NCBI GenBank assembly: GCA_045533175.1
Contig: JAZSHJ010000055.1
Coordinates: 1-46,326 of the forward strand
Origin: Acutalibacteraceae bacterium
Lineage (GTDB): Bacteria; Bacillota; Clostridia; Oscillospirales; Acutalibacteraceae
Length of the DNA stretch: 46,326 nucleotides
Direction of reading: 5' to 3'
Shown here: in pieces, positions 18,254-27,417 of the stretch
How positions within the stretch are numbered: position 1 is the stretch's first letter
How the letters are laid out: each line of letters starts with the position of its first letter
Notes under the pieces: generated by a model
The model's input: only the letters and a program-made list of their open reading frames with translations
Told to the model about the DNA's origin: nothing
Database searches by the model: none
Program-made: the position numbers and the translations under genes

Positions 18254-18475
18254 AAATATTAGTTATTTACTACGGTAAACAACGATCCGTTTCGGCATAA
18301 TCGAAGCGGGGGCATCTAAGCCAGAATCAGCGGTATCCGGCAACGCCGCAGTCGCGTTAAGGCTCTTTTTCGCCTTATGGACGATTGTGAAAAACCCTTT
18401 GCGGAGGGCGTTGTTCAAAGTATCGCGTTCTCCGTGAAAATCGGAGGATCTAAACCGCAAAGGGGGATGCTTCTT
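18254..18475 (+). promoter_or_regulatory. Long structured 5' leader of potA with a helix that sequesters the ribosome-binding site
   Basis: ccctttgcgg (18395-18404) is the perfect complement of ccgcaaaggg (18455-18464), and the latter overlaps the potA ribosome-binding site AAAGGGGGA. Several smaller hairpins lie upstream. Confidence 0.4.
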
Positions 18476-19618
18476 ATGGAAGACATTATTAAACTGCAAG
18501 ACATTGCCGTATCATTTGATGGCGAACCGGTGTTGGAAGGGTTGAACCTCAACATCAAAAACGGTGAATTTGTGACGTTGCTTGGCCCTTCCGGGTGCGG
18601 AAAGACTACTACGTTGCGCATCATCGGCGGGTTTGTCACACCGGATCGCGGTGATGTCTTTTTTGACGGTCGTCGCATCAACGATATTCCGCCGCACAAG
18701 CGGGCGGTGAACACCATCTTTCAGCGGTATGCGCTGTTTCCGCATCTGAACGTGTATGAAAACGTGGCGTTCGGTATGCGAATTCAAAAGAAGGACAAAA
18801 AAGAGATTGACGAAACTGTGCGGCGGATGTTGGCGCTTGTTAACTTGAAGGGGTTTGAAAAGCGTTCGGTATCCACCCTTTCGGGCGGTCAGCATCAGCG
18901 GGTGGCCATTGCGCGCGCACTTGCCAACAACCCCGGCGTTCTGTTGTTGGATGAACCGTTGTCCGCGTTGGATCTGAAACTGCGTAAGGATATGCAGGTG
19001 GAATTGAAGAACATTCAAAAGAGTCTTGGTATCACCTTTGTGTACGTTACGCACGACCAGGAAGAAGCGCTTTCCATGTCGGATACCGTTGTGGTGATGG
19101 ATGGCGGTCGCATTCAGCAGATCGGTTCGCCCCAGGATATCTATAACGAGCCGCAAAATGCGTTTGTGGCGGATTTTATCGGTGAAAGTAACATCCTCGA
19201 CGGTGTGATGCACGAGGATTATCTGGTGGAATTCTTCGGCCGTAAATTTAAGTGCTTGGACAGCGGTTTTGATCCGATGGAACCGGTGGACGTGGTTATT
19301 CGTCCCGAAGATATCGATATTGTTGCCCCCGAAAAGGGGAGCTTGGTCGGCACGGTAACCGAAGTTACCTTTAAAGGCGTTCATTTTGAAACGATCGTGG
19401 ATTTTAAAGGCTTCAAATGGTTGATTCAAACCACCGATTATTACGCGCCCGACAGCGTGATCGGCATTGTGTTGAATCCCGAAGATATCCACATCATGAA
19501 AAAGTCCGAGTATTCGGGTATGTTCGGCGATTACAGTTCCTATTCTGAGGAGTTTGAAGAAATGGCCGATCCGAATGCCGATCTTGCGGAAGAAACGGCA
19601 GGGGAGGAGACGCGATGA
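18476..19618 (+). CDS. potA: Spermidine/putrescine ABC transporter ATP-binding protein PotA
   Basis: [24 protein letters not shown], and a TOBE-like C-terminal domain. The ATG at 18476 was chosen because of the ribosome-binding site. The open frame begins at 18377. Confidence 0.9.
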   Translation: MEDIIKLQDIAVSFDGEPVLEGLNLNIKNGEFVTLLGPSGCGKTTTLRIIGGFVTPDRGDVFFDGRRINDIPPHKRAVNTIFQRYALFPHLNVYENVAFGMRIQKKDKKEIDETVRRMLALVNLKGFEKRSVSTLSGGQHQRVAIARALANNPGVLLLDEPLSALDLKLRKDMQVELKNIQKSLGITFVYVTHDQEEALSMSDTVVVMDGGRIQQIGSPQDIYNEPQNAFVADFIGESNILDGVMHEDYLVEFFGRKFKCLDSGFDPMEPVDVVIRPEDIDIVAPEKGSLVGTVTEVTFKGVHFETIVDFKGFKWLIQTTDYYAPDSVIGIVLNPEDIHIMKKSEYSGMFGDYSSYSEEFEEMADPNADLAEETAGEETR

Positions 19619-20433
19619 AATCCAAAGTTTCTGCCGCCCCGTTCGGGTTGTGGATGCTGTTGTTCACCGTGGTTCCGCTTGCCATGGTGGTGTGGTTTGC
19701 TTTCACGGACGAAAGCGGCGCATTTACCATGGCCAATTTGCTTGCGGTGAAGGATTTTATCCCCACCTTCTGGAAATCCATTTGGATGGGCGCCGTATCC
19801 ACCATGCTTTGTCTTGTTCTGGCTTATCCGCTGGCATACAGTATTTCCCGCGTTTCTGCGCGTTCCCAAACGGTGATGGTGATGTTGGTCATGTTGCCGA
19901 TGTGGATGAACTTTTTGCTTCGCACCTACGCGTGGATGTCCCTTTTGGAGGACAACGGCTTGATCAACCGTTTTTTGGAAACGATCGGTCTGCAACCCGT
20001 ACATATGATCAACACGAACGGGGCTGTCATTCTCGGCATGGTGTATAACTTTTTGCCGTACATGGTGATCCCGCTGTATTCGGTGATGATCAAGATTGAT
20101 AACCGCTTGATTGAGGCTGCGCAGGATTTGGGGTGCAACACCGTGCATACCTTCCGTCACGTGGTTCTTCCGCTGTCCAAACCGGGAATTGTGTCCGGCA
20201 TTACCATGACCTTTGTTCCGGCGGTCAGCACCTTCGTTATCACCAAACTGCTCGGCGGCGGCAAGGATATGCTGATCGGTGACGTGATCGAACTGCTCTT
20301 TATGGGCAGCAGTAAAGAATATAACATCGGCGCTATGCTGTCGCTGTTGTTGATGGTGCTGATGGTCGTGTGCATGACCGCGATGCGGTTTGTGGATAAC
20401 CAGGAAGACGAAATGGAGGGACTGATGGTATGA
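19615..20433 (+). CDS. potB: Spermidine/putrescine ABC transporter permease PotB
   Basis: Six-TM MalFG-type permease. The start overlaps the potA stop (ATGA). Confidence 0.88.
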   Translation: MKSKVSAAPFGLWMLLFTVVPLAMVVWFAFTDESGAFTMANLLAVKDFIPTFWKSIWMGAVSTMLCLVLAYPLAYSISRVSARSQTVMVMLVMLPMWMNFLLRTYAWMSLLEDNGLINRFLETIGLQPVHMINTNGAVILGMVYNFLPYMVIPLYSVMIKIDNRLIEAAQDLGCNTVHTFRHVVLPLSKPGIVSGITMTFVPAVSTFVITKLLGGGKDMLIGDVIELLFMGSSKEYNIGAMLSLLLMVLMVVCMTAMRFVDNQEDEMEGLMV

Positions 20434-21236
20434 AATGGCTCTCCCGTGTCTATAACAGCATCATCTTCCTGTTCTTGTATTTGCCGATCGTGGTGTTGAT
20501 GGTTTTTTCCTTCAATGATTCCAAAAACCGTGCCCAATGGAAGGGATTCACGTTGGATTGGTATCGTGATCTGTTTCAAAACGAATTGATATTGGAATCC
20601 CTCAAGGTGACGCTTTTGGTCGCTGTGTTAGCGGCGGTGATTTCCACCGTTATCGGCACAGCGGCGGCGGTGGGGATTCACGGAATGAACAACCGCATGA
20701 AACGCGCGTTTTTGTTTGTGAACAACATTCCGATGGTAAATCCCGAAATCGTCAGCGGTGTGGCGCTGATGCTGATGTTTGTGTTTGTATATCGTGCCAC
20801 CGGATTGTTGCGTCCGGGTTTTTCCACCTTGTTAATTGCGCATATCACGTTCTGTATTCCTTACGTTGTGTTGCAGGTGATGCCCAAATTGCGGCAAATG
20901 AACCGTCACATGTATGAGGCGGCATTGGATCTTGGTTGCTCACCGATCAGCGCATTTTTGCGCGTGGTATTGCCGGAAATCGCGCCCGGTATCGTGACGG
21001 GTGCATTGATGGCGTTTACCATTTCGTTGGACGATTTTGTAATCAGTTATTTCAACTCGGGTTCCACGGCACAGACGTTGTCGGTCACCATTTATTCTAT
21101 GACAAAAAAACCGATCACGCCCGAAATCAATGCGTTGTCCACGCTGATGTTCGGTGCGGTGCTGTTCCTTTTGTTGCTCGTGAATTTCGGGCAGATTCGC
21201 GACGATGCGCGTAAAGCAAAGGCGGCTCGTCGATAA
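20430..21236 (+). CDS. potC: Spermidine/putrescine ABC transporter permease PotC
   Basis: Six-TM permease with EAA-like loop EAALDLGCSP. The start overlaps the potB stop. Confidence 0.88.
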   Translation: MKWLSRVYNSIIFLFLYLPIVVLMVFSFNDSKNRAQWKGFTLDWYRDLFQNELILESLKVTLLVAVLAAVISTVIGTAAAVGIHGMNNRMKRAFLFVNNIPMVNPEIVSGVALMLMFVFVYRATGLLRPGFSTLLIAHITFCIPYVVLQVMPKLRQMNRHMYEAALDLGCSPISAFLRVVLPEIAPGIVTGALMAFTISLDDFVISYFNSGSTAQTLSVTIYSMTKKPITPEINALSTLMFGAVLFLLLLVNFGQIRDDARKAKAARR

Positions 21237-21251
21237 AGGAGGTTTACATAG

Positions 21252-22319
21252 TTGAAGAAAATTGCGATCCTTTTGATCGTGGCTTTGCTCTTACCGTTCG
21301 GTTTGTGCGGGTGTTCCAAAGAGGAAGTTGTCACGCTGAACGTGTTTAACTGGGGCGAGTACATTGATGACGAGATATTGGATGTGAACCGTGCGTTTGA
21401 AGAAGCAACGGGGATTAAGGTGAATTACAAGACCTTCGATTCCAATGAATCTATGTATACCCTTATCAGCACGGGGGCGGCCGATTACGACGTGGTGTTT
21501 CCTTCCGATTATATGGTGGGGCGCATGATCGACGAAGGTTTGCTTGCCGAACTTGATTTTGAGAACATTCCGAATTACCAATATATTGACAAAAAACTGT
21601 GTGAAAAATTCAGTTACGATCCCGAAGGCAAGTATTCCGTGCCGTATTTGTGGGGAACGGTGGGTATCTTTTACAACACGAAGTATGTAACGAAAGAAGA
21701 AGTGGAATCACAGGGATGGGGTATTCTTTGGAATGAAAAATACCGCGATAAGATCTACATGTTTGATAATCCGCGGGATTCCTTTGCGGTGGCCGAAGCG
21801 TATTTGAACTATTCTATCAACACCCAAAACGAAGCCGAACTAAACGCGTCTTACAATAAGTTGATCGAACAGAAAGACCTTGTACAAGGATATTACATGG
21901 ATCAGATCTTTCAGAAAATGATCAACGAAGAGGGATGGCTTGCCCCGTATTATGCAGGGGATGGCAGCATTATGATGGATCCCGAAGAGGGGAATCCCAA
22001 CATTGCGTTTTACATGCCGCCCGGTGCGAACTTGTTTGTGGATGCTATGTGCGTGCTGAAAACTTCTAAGATGAAAGCGGAAGCGGAAGCCTATATCAAT
22101 TTCCTTTGCGAAACCGAAGCGGCACTTGCTAACGCGGAATATGTGGGATATTCCACACCGCATACCGAGGTGCGCGGGCTTTTGGATCCCGAAGTTGCGA
22201 ACGATCCGATGTATTATCCTTCCGACGCAATGCTTGCGACAACCGAAGTGTTTTTGACGCTTCCCGAAGCGACCAACAAGGTGATGAACCGACTGTGGAT
22301 CAAACTGAAGATACATTGA
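21252..22319 (+). CDS. potD: Spermidine/putrescine-binding lipoprotein PotD
   Basis: Lipoprotein signal peptide (LLPFGLCGC) and a PotD-like body (VFNWGEYID, VPYLWGT). TTG start 9 nt after AAGGAGG. Confidence 0.88.
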   Translation: MKKIAILLIVALLLPFGLCGCSKEEVVTLNVFNWGEYIDDEILDVNRAFEEATGIKVNYKTFDSNESMYTLISTGAADYDVVFPSDYMVGRMIDEGLLAELDFENIPNYQYIDKKLCEKFSYDPEGKYSVPYLWGTVGIFYNTKYVTKEEVESQGWGILWNEKYRDKIYMFDNPRDSFAVAEAYLNYSINTQNEAELNASYNKLIEQKDLVQGYYMDQIFQKMINEEGWLAPYYAGDGSIMMDPEEGNPNIAFYMPPGANLFVDAMCVLKTSKMKAEAEAYINFLCETEAALANAEYVGYSTPHTEVRGLLDPEVANDPMYYPSDAMLATTEVFLTLPEATNKVMNRLWIKLKIH

Positions 22320-22329
22320 GGTATTTGCG

Positions 22330-23118
22330 ATGGAAAAAATTTTTTTGTGGAATACAATTCCGGGTGAAGCGGCGGAAACTCCTGCGATCATTCCGTATGT
22401 TCCGGCCCAAAAGAAGAGTGATGCCGCGATCATAATTTTTCCCGGCGGCGGTTACAGCGGCCGTGCGGCGGATCACGAAGGGGATCAATTTGCTTGCTTC
22501 TTTAACGAGGCGGGAATTACCGCTTTCGTCGTGGAATACCGTGTGGCACCGCACCGTTTCCCGTCCCCGCTTTTGGATGCACGTCGGGCGGTACGCTTTG
22601 TGCGCGCCCATGCGGCGGAATACGGAATTTCTCCCAATCAAATTGCGGTGATGGGATCTTCGGCGGGCGGCCATTTGGCGGCAATGACTTCAACCTATCC
22701 GGGTGACGAACCGATTGAAATCAAAGATGCGATCGATCGCGAGAACGGTATTCCCAATGCGCAGATTCTGTGCTATCCCGTGGTTTGTGCCCCGGCAGAC
22801 GACGGAATAGCACACGTGGGATCGTATCAAAACCTGTTGGGCAGACCTTTTACGATCGCCCCCGAAACGGTAGATCCTGCACGTAATGTTACAAATGATA
22901 CCCCTCCGGCGTTTTTGTGGCACACAGCGGACGACAACGTGGTGAATGTCATTAACAGTTACACCTATGCAATGGCGTTGCGCAACAGCAACGTTCCTGT
23001 GGAAATGCATATCTTCCCGCACGGCGCTCACGGTCTCGGTCTTGGTGCGAACGAGCCGTACGTGCGGCCGTGGGCGGAGCTTCTGTTGCGCTGGATCGGT
23101 TGGCTCGGCTGGATTTGA
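22330..23118 (+). CDS. Alpha/beta hydrolase (carbohydrate esterase-like, BD-FAE/Abhydrolase_3 type)
   Basis: HGGG-like FPGGGY oxyanion region, nucleophile elbow GSSAGGHLA, and a C-terminal HG motif. Confidence 0.8.
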   Translation: MEKIFLWNTIPGEAAETPAIIPYVPAQKKSDAAIIIFPGGGYSGRAADHEGDQFACFFNEAGITAFVVEYRVAPHRFPSPLLDARRAVRFVRAHAAEYGISPNQIAVMGSSAGGHLAAMTSTYPGDEPIEIKDAIDRENGIPNAQILCYPVVCAPADDGIAHVGSYQNLLGRPFTIAPETVDPARNVTNDTPPAFLWHTADDNVVNVINSYTYAMALRNSNVPVEMHIFPHGAHGLGLGANEPYVRPWAELLLRWIGWLGWI

Positions 23119-23353
23119 TAATGAGATTTCCGAGGACGATAAGGGTTCGATGCTGTTTGAAACTCCTGCCACGCTGAACGATACATGGGGTTTTAAACCG
23201 GCCGACCAGAATTGGAAATCGGCCGAAGAGGTTTTGCGTTTGAAGGAACATTTAAACAGCCGCGGTATCAACTATCTTTTGAACGTCGGTCCCGATGCGC
23301 TCGGTCGTTTTTCTGCTAAAGCGGTGGAAATTCTGCGCGAAGTGGGTAAAAAA
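23119..23353 (+). pseudogene. Internal relic of a GH29 alpha-L-fucosidase gene
   Basis: The frame +2 translation SMLFETPATLNDTWGFKPADQNWKSAEEVLRLKEHLNSRGINYLLNVGPDALGRFSAKAVEILREVG matches the end of the GH29 catalytic barrel. There is no N-terminal catalytic part, no C-terminal domain, and neither a start codon nor a ribosome-binding site. Confidence 0.6.
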
Positions 23354-23362
23354 GAGCAGATA

Positions 23363-23400
23363 AAAGAAGAAAGCCTGTCGATCGACAGGCTTTCTTCTTT
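23363..23400. terminator. Bidirectional terminator between convergent genes
   Basis: aaagaagaaagcctgtcgatcgacaggctttcttcttt is a perfect palindrome flanked by A and T runs. Confidence 0.8.
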
Positions 23401-23402
23401 TG

Positions 23403-25937
23403 TTATTCACCGAACCGTTCGGGTGAGCGCATCATGTTTTTGGCGGTTATCAACTCGGCCGAACCGCAGAAGCCGCAGTTCGCCACCGAGGGATCTTCCA
23501 CCTTCACGGTGGGGCTATACTGCAGGAACCCCGTGAGATTCAGCTGCGCATTTTCGCCCACGCGGGAAAGCTGCACCGTGTCTACGTAGGTGTTGTTCAT
23601 GGTAACACCGCAACCTGAGTTGATGTTCGTAACATTCATGGTGCCGCCGTCCACCCAGAAGATGACATGCGGCTGTGTCCACGGTTCGATATTCGCCACG
23701 TTCAGCACGCCTTTAAAGGTATCGCGGGTGCGGATGGCGCAAATTTCTTCTACAGGGGTGAAGGTGTAGTTTTTATAGGCAAACGGCGTCATTTGTGTGT
23801 TGATCATCGTAATAACGCTGCCTGCGTGAACGTCCACCGGTTGGGTTACGTAGTCGGCCGCAAAACCAATGGTAACAGCGGTGGTGTTATCGCCTGTGAT
23901 TTTGAGCGCTTTGGCGCTGCCATAGGTGAAGCAACCGAACACCATTTCGTCGTTCACGTTATCCAACACGAAGGTGTAGCACTCGTGTTGCAAATGTTCA
24001 AAGAAGTGCATGGCCACCATGCTGCGGAAATTAAGCTCTTGCGGCCAACCGTATCCGCGCATTAACGGTTGCAGATTGAACTGGCAATCGCGAATAATGC
24101 CGCCCGTACTGTTCATAACCACCGCGCCGCGATTCATGAACAAGCCCGAAAGTCCGTCAATATAATGGCGGTCGCATCCGTCCAGAAGCACGCCGTTGTA
24201 TGTGTTAAAGGAGGATACGTTGATTACGTATACATCGGGTGCGTCTTTGGCGTACACGTTGTAATCAAACGGCAAGAGTTTGCCGGTTTTGTCTGCGTTT
24301 TCCGCTGTTTGCGTGGGGTTACAGAAGGTGACGCCGCGCAAACCCGAACGGGCAGACAATTCAATGGCGTAGCCTTGGAACACCACGTCGAACACCGTGC
24401 CGATGTTATAGGGTAGTTGTGCAAAGTTAGCCGCACCGCACAGTTCGGTATCGGTGGGGATGGTTACGCCGTGTTCCAAAAGGTAATGACCTGTGGGCAG
24501 ATACAGCGTGCCTCCTGTTTTGCCCACGTAAGAAAGGCATGCGTTCAGCGCCGCGGAAACGTCCGTTTTGCCCGTAGCGTCCAATATAACGCCCAGTTCG
24601 GTCGCCAACGTGTCGGCCGAGTAGGTAGCATTGTTTTTCGGCGCTTTGGTCATCATGCGCGCTTGTGCCGCCTGCTTTTCGTTCGCACGGAAGGTCACCA
24701 CGTTCGGTACCATTTGCGGGGTAAAGGTGTATTCGATCTCGTCACAGCTGTCGGAGAAATTGTCCTCCAGCAACCCGGCGTTGCCTGCGAACATCCCCGC
24801 CGCTTTGCCTTCCAACACCACTTTGATATCGTCGGTGGTTTCAAAACGGCTGTTCATCACAATCATCATGCCATTGTTGCTGTAGATAGCGCCTTTTTGC
24901 ACGGTGGAATCCACCAACGTGATCTTAGAGGGGAAATGGACAGAGATCGCTTCTTTGCGCGCTTCGATCTCCACGTCCTGGAAGGTAACGGCGGTGTAGG
25001 TGCCGTTGTCGGGGATGTACAAGCCGTATTCACAGTTTTGGATGCGGGAGTTTGTGATCTCCTGCCCGTTGCCGTGGGTAAACGGTGCATAAATAGCGTA
25101 ATGGCAGTTTTTGATGGTGAGGTTGTAGTTTTGACCGTAACAACCGCCCGCGTTCATCTCCACGCCTTTAAAATATCCGTCAATGACCGAATCGGTCCAA
25201 TACGACCAGTCGGTGCGGTTAAGCAAAACGGCGGTTGCATTTTCCTTGAGATATTGCCGCAGAGCCTCTGCATCTTCCGTAAATTTACCGGAGTTGATCC
25301 AATAATCGGGAGCAAAATACGTTTCCTCGATACGCATGATATCGGTGACCATTCCGACGTGAATACCTTTGGAAAGCGGCGTGCCGTAGATGTTGTGAAT
25401 GTTGGGTGAATCGCAATCACGCGGCGCAATGCCGATCCACGGGTTGATCAGCGTGATCTCTTTGGCAATAGACCAAAAAGAAGGACGCACAGCGGCGGGA
25501 TAGGGGATAGGGGCGGTGATTGATTGGTTGGGATACCAAATAGCCACACCGCGCACTTCGGAACTTTGGTTCAACACGATAAACGGGGTGTTAAATTCTT
25601 CCGAAGCGGCTTCGCCGTAATACGCTAAAATCGTGCCTTCAATGGGGGATTTCCCGTCGGGAATCATCCAGTCCCCCAGAATGGTGGTGCCGATGGGCAG
25701 CTCGATCGGAGAGAAGCAGGCATATTCACCTGCGGGGATATACAACGCCCCGCCGCCGAGTTCTCCCAGTTTGTTAAGCAACGCTTGGATAACGGGAGTG
25801 CAATCTTGTGTGGTATCGCTCACGTAGTCTGTGAGGGTATATCCCGCAAACAACTGCTCTCGGCGTTGAAAGCGCGGATCGGCGGGGGAAAGCGCTTTCC
25901 ATACGGGCGGGGCAATGTGCTTAGTAATATCCGACAT
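23403..25937 (-). CDS. Cytoplasmic double beta-helix protein (Pectate_lyase_3 / GH55-like), paralog of the catalytic core of 241-4527
   Basis: There is no signal peptide. It shares PPVWK, GGGALYIPAGEYAC, TGGTLYLPTGHYLL and colinear motifs with the dockerin protein. The ATG at 25937 was chosen because AAAGG lies 8 nt upstream. Confidence 0.85.
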   Translation of the reverse strand: MSDITKHIAPPVWKALSPADPRFQRREQLFAGYTLTDYVSDTTQDCTPVIQALLNKLGELGGGALYIPAGEYACFSPIELPIGTTILGDWMIPDGKSPIEGTILAYYGEAASEEFNTPFIVLNQSSEVRGVAIWYPNQSITAPIPYPAAVRPSFWSIAKEITLINPWIGIAPRDCDSPNIHNIYGTPLSKGIHVGMVTDIMRIEETYFAPDYWINSGKFTEDAEALRQYLKENATAVLLNRTDWSYWTDSVIDGYFKGVEMNAGGCYGQNYNLTIKNCHYAIYAPFTHGNGQEITNSRIQNCEYGLYIPDNGTYTAVTFQDVEIEARKEAISVHFPSKITLVDSTVQKGAIYSNNGMMIVMNSRFETTDDIKVVLEGKAAGMFAGNAGLLEDNFSDSCDEIEYTFTPQMVPNVVTFRANEKQAAQARMMTKAPKNNATYSADTLATELGVILDATGKTDVSAALNACLSYVGKTGGTLYLPTGHYLLEHGVTIPTDTELCGAANFAQLPYNIGTVFDVVFQGYAIELSARSGLRGVTFCNPTQTAENADKTGKLLPFDYNVYAKDAPDVYVINVSSFNTYNGVLLDGCDRHYIDGLSGLFMNRGAVVMNSTGGIIRDCQFNLQPLMRGYGWPQELNFRSMVAMHFFEHLQHECYTFVLDNVNDEMVFGCFTYGSAKALKITGDNTTAVTIGFAADYVTQPVDVHAGSVITMINTQMTPFAYKNYTFTPVEEICAIRTRDTFKGVLNVANIEPWTQPHVIFWVDGGTMNVTNINSGCGVTMNNTYVDTVQLSRVGENAQLNLTGFLQYSPTVKVEDPSVANCGFCGSAELITAKNMMRSPERFGE

Positions 25938-25952
25938 GCGTATCACCTTTCT

Positions 25953-26477
25953 TCACTTTCCTTCGTAAGTTACAACGGAATCAACATCGTATGTTTTGAG
26001 TGCGTCGCGACCGTTTAACCCTGCCAGTTCCAACAAGAACAGGATCTTCACAACGTTTCCGCCCAGTTCTTCCACCAATTCGGCCGCGGCTTTGATGGTA
26101 CCGCCCGTTGCGATCAAATCGTCGATCAGCACCACGCGCTGACCGGGAAGGATGGCATCTTTGTGGATTTCAATTTCGGCGGTGCCATATTCCAACGCAT
26201 ATTCTTTGGATACGGTTTCACGCGGGAGTTTGCCTTTTTTGCGAATGGGCACGAACGGTTTGTTAAGTAAGAAGGCCAACGGTGCGCCGAAGATGAATCC
26301 GCGGGATTCCGCACCCGCGATCACATCAAACTCTACGTTGTTGAGTCGTGCCTTCAATTCTTCGATTGCCAGATGAAATCCGTCCGCATCCTGTAACACC
26401 GAGGTGATATCCCGAAACATAATACCCGGTTCGGGAAAATCAGGAATGGTGATTATGTAATCTTTGACAGTTTTCAT
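25953..26477 (-). CDS. apt: Adenine phosphoribosyltransferase
   Basis: PRPP motif VVLIDDLIATGGT and IPDFPEPGIMFRDIT. The second ATG (26477) has a GGAG ribosome-binding site at good spacing. The open frame extends to 26486. Confidence 0.92.
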   Translation of the reverse strand: MKTVKDYIITIPDFPEPGIMFRDITSVLQDADGFHLAIEELKARLNNVEFDVIAGAESRGFIFGAPLAFLLNKPFVPIRKKGKLPRETVSKEYALEYGTAEIEIHKDAILPGQRVVLIDDLIATGGTIKAAAELVEELGGNVVKILFLLELAGLNGRDALKTYDVDSVVTYEGK

Positions 26478-26547
26478 TTTACTCATCTCCTATCGCTTTT
26501 ACTTTATCAAGAATCCCTGCAAATGTAAAGAGTTTTCATGCATTTTC

Positions 26548-26576
26548 TTGACCGAAACAGAGAAACGTGATATACT
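26548..26576 (+). promoter_or_regulatory. Sigma-A promoter for the HAD / ABC exporter genes
   Basis: TTGACC, a 17-nt spacer, then TGaTATACT (extended -10). Confidence 0.5.
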
Positions 26577-26609
26577 TTTTTCATCATTTATCGGGAAAGA
26601 GGTTTCCTT

Positions 26610-27413
26610 ATGAACGCAAACGAACAACTTTCCGCCATTCGCTTGTTTTTATTTGATATGGACGGGACTTTATATCTCGGAAATCAGTTGTATCCGTTTA
26701 CAAAAGAGTTGTTGAAAACGATCAAAGAAAGCGGCAGACGCTATCTGTTCATGACCAACAATTCCGCACGAAGTGTGGTGGATTATATCGCAAAACTGGA
26801 ACGGCTCGGGATTGCGGCAGAATATGAGGATTTTATCACGTCTTCACAAGCGACGATTTGGTATTTAAAACGGCATCACGCCGATGCAACGTTGTATGTT
26901 TGCGGTACCGAATCGTTAAAGCGCGAGTTGCGTGAGGCTGGATTTGCGGTTACCGAAGACGTGGATAAAGTCACGTGCATTGTGGTTGGTAACGATACCG
27001 AGTTGACTTTTAAGAAATTGGATGATATTTCTCGTATGCTGTGCACGCGTGATCTTCCGTATATTGCCACCAATCCCGATTGGGTGTGTCCCACCGAATA
27101 CGGCAGCGTACCCGATTGCGGCAGCTTTTGCGAGATGCTTTACCGTGCCACGGGAAAACGTCCGATCTTTATCGGGAAGCCCGAGGCGCTGATGCCCGAA
27201 CTGGCGATGGAACGCACAGGTTACGGCAAGGCGGAAACGGCGGTAGTGGGCGACCGTATCTACACCGATGTCAAAAGTGGCTTAAATGCCGGTATAGTCA
27301 GTATATTGGTGATGAGTGGTGAAACAACGGAACAAATTTTAGAAGCCTCTGCCGATAAACCGGATATGGTTCTTAGGGATGCGGGAGAAATTTTAAAGGC
27401 GTTGATGGAGTGA
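26610..27413 (+). CDS. HAD-IIA family sugar-phosphate phosphatase (NagD/YutF-like)
   Basis: Motif I LFDMDGTLY, motif II MTNNS, GKP, and motif IV GDRIYTD. Confidence 0.85.
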   Translation: MNANEQLSAIRLFLFDMDGTLYLGNQLYPFTKELLKTIKESGRRYLFMTNNSARSVVDYIAKLERLGIAAEYEDFITSSQATIWYLKRHHADATLYVCGTESLKRELREAGFAVTEDVDKVTCIVVGNDTELTFKKLDDISRMLCTRDLPYIATNPDWVCPTEYGSVPDCGSFCEMLYRATGKRPIFIGKPEALMPELAMERTGYGKAETAVVGDRIYTDVKSGLNAGIVSILVMSGETTEQILEASADKPDMVLRDAGEILKALME

Positions 27414-27417
27414 GTGT

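Noticed and set aside
22946-23536. A 196-aa plus-strand ORF spanning the esterase 3' end, the fucosidase relic and the terminator
   Set aside because: Only the central 75 aa or so resemble GH29. The N-terminal part is an out-of-frame reading of the esterase gene, and the C-terminal part reads through a palindromic terminator into the antisense of the next gene. I treat it as a pseudogene relic, not an intact CDS.
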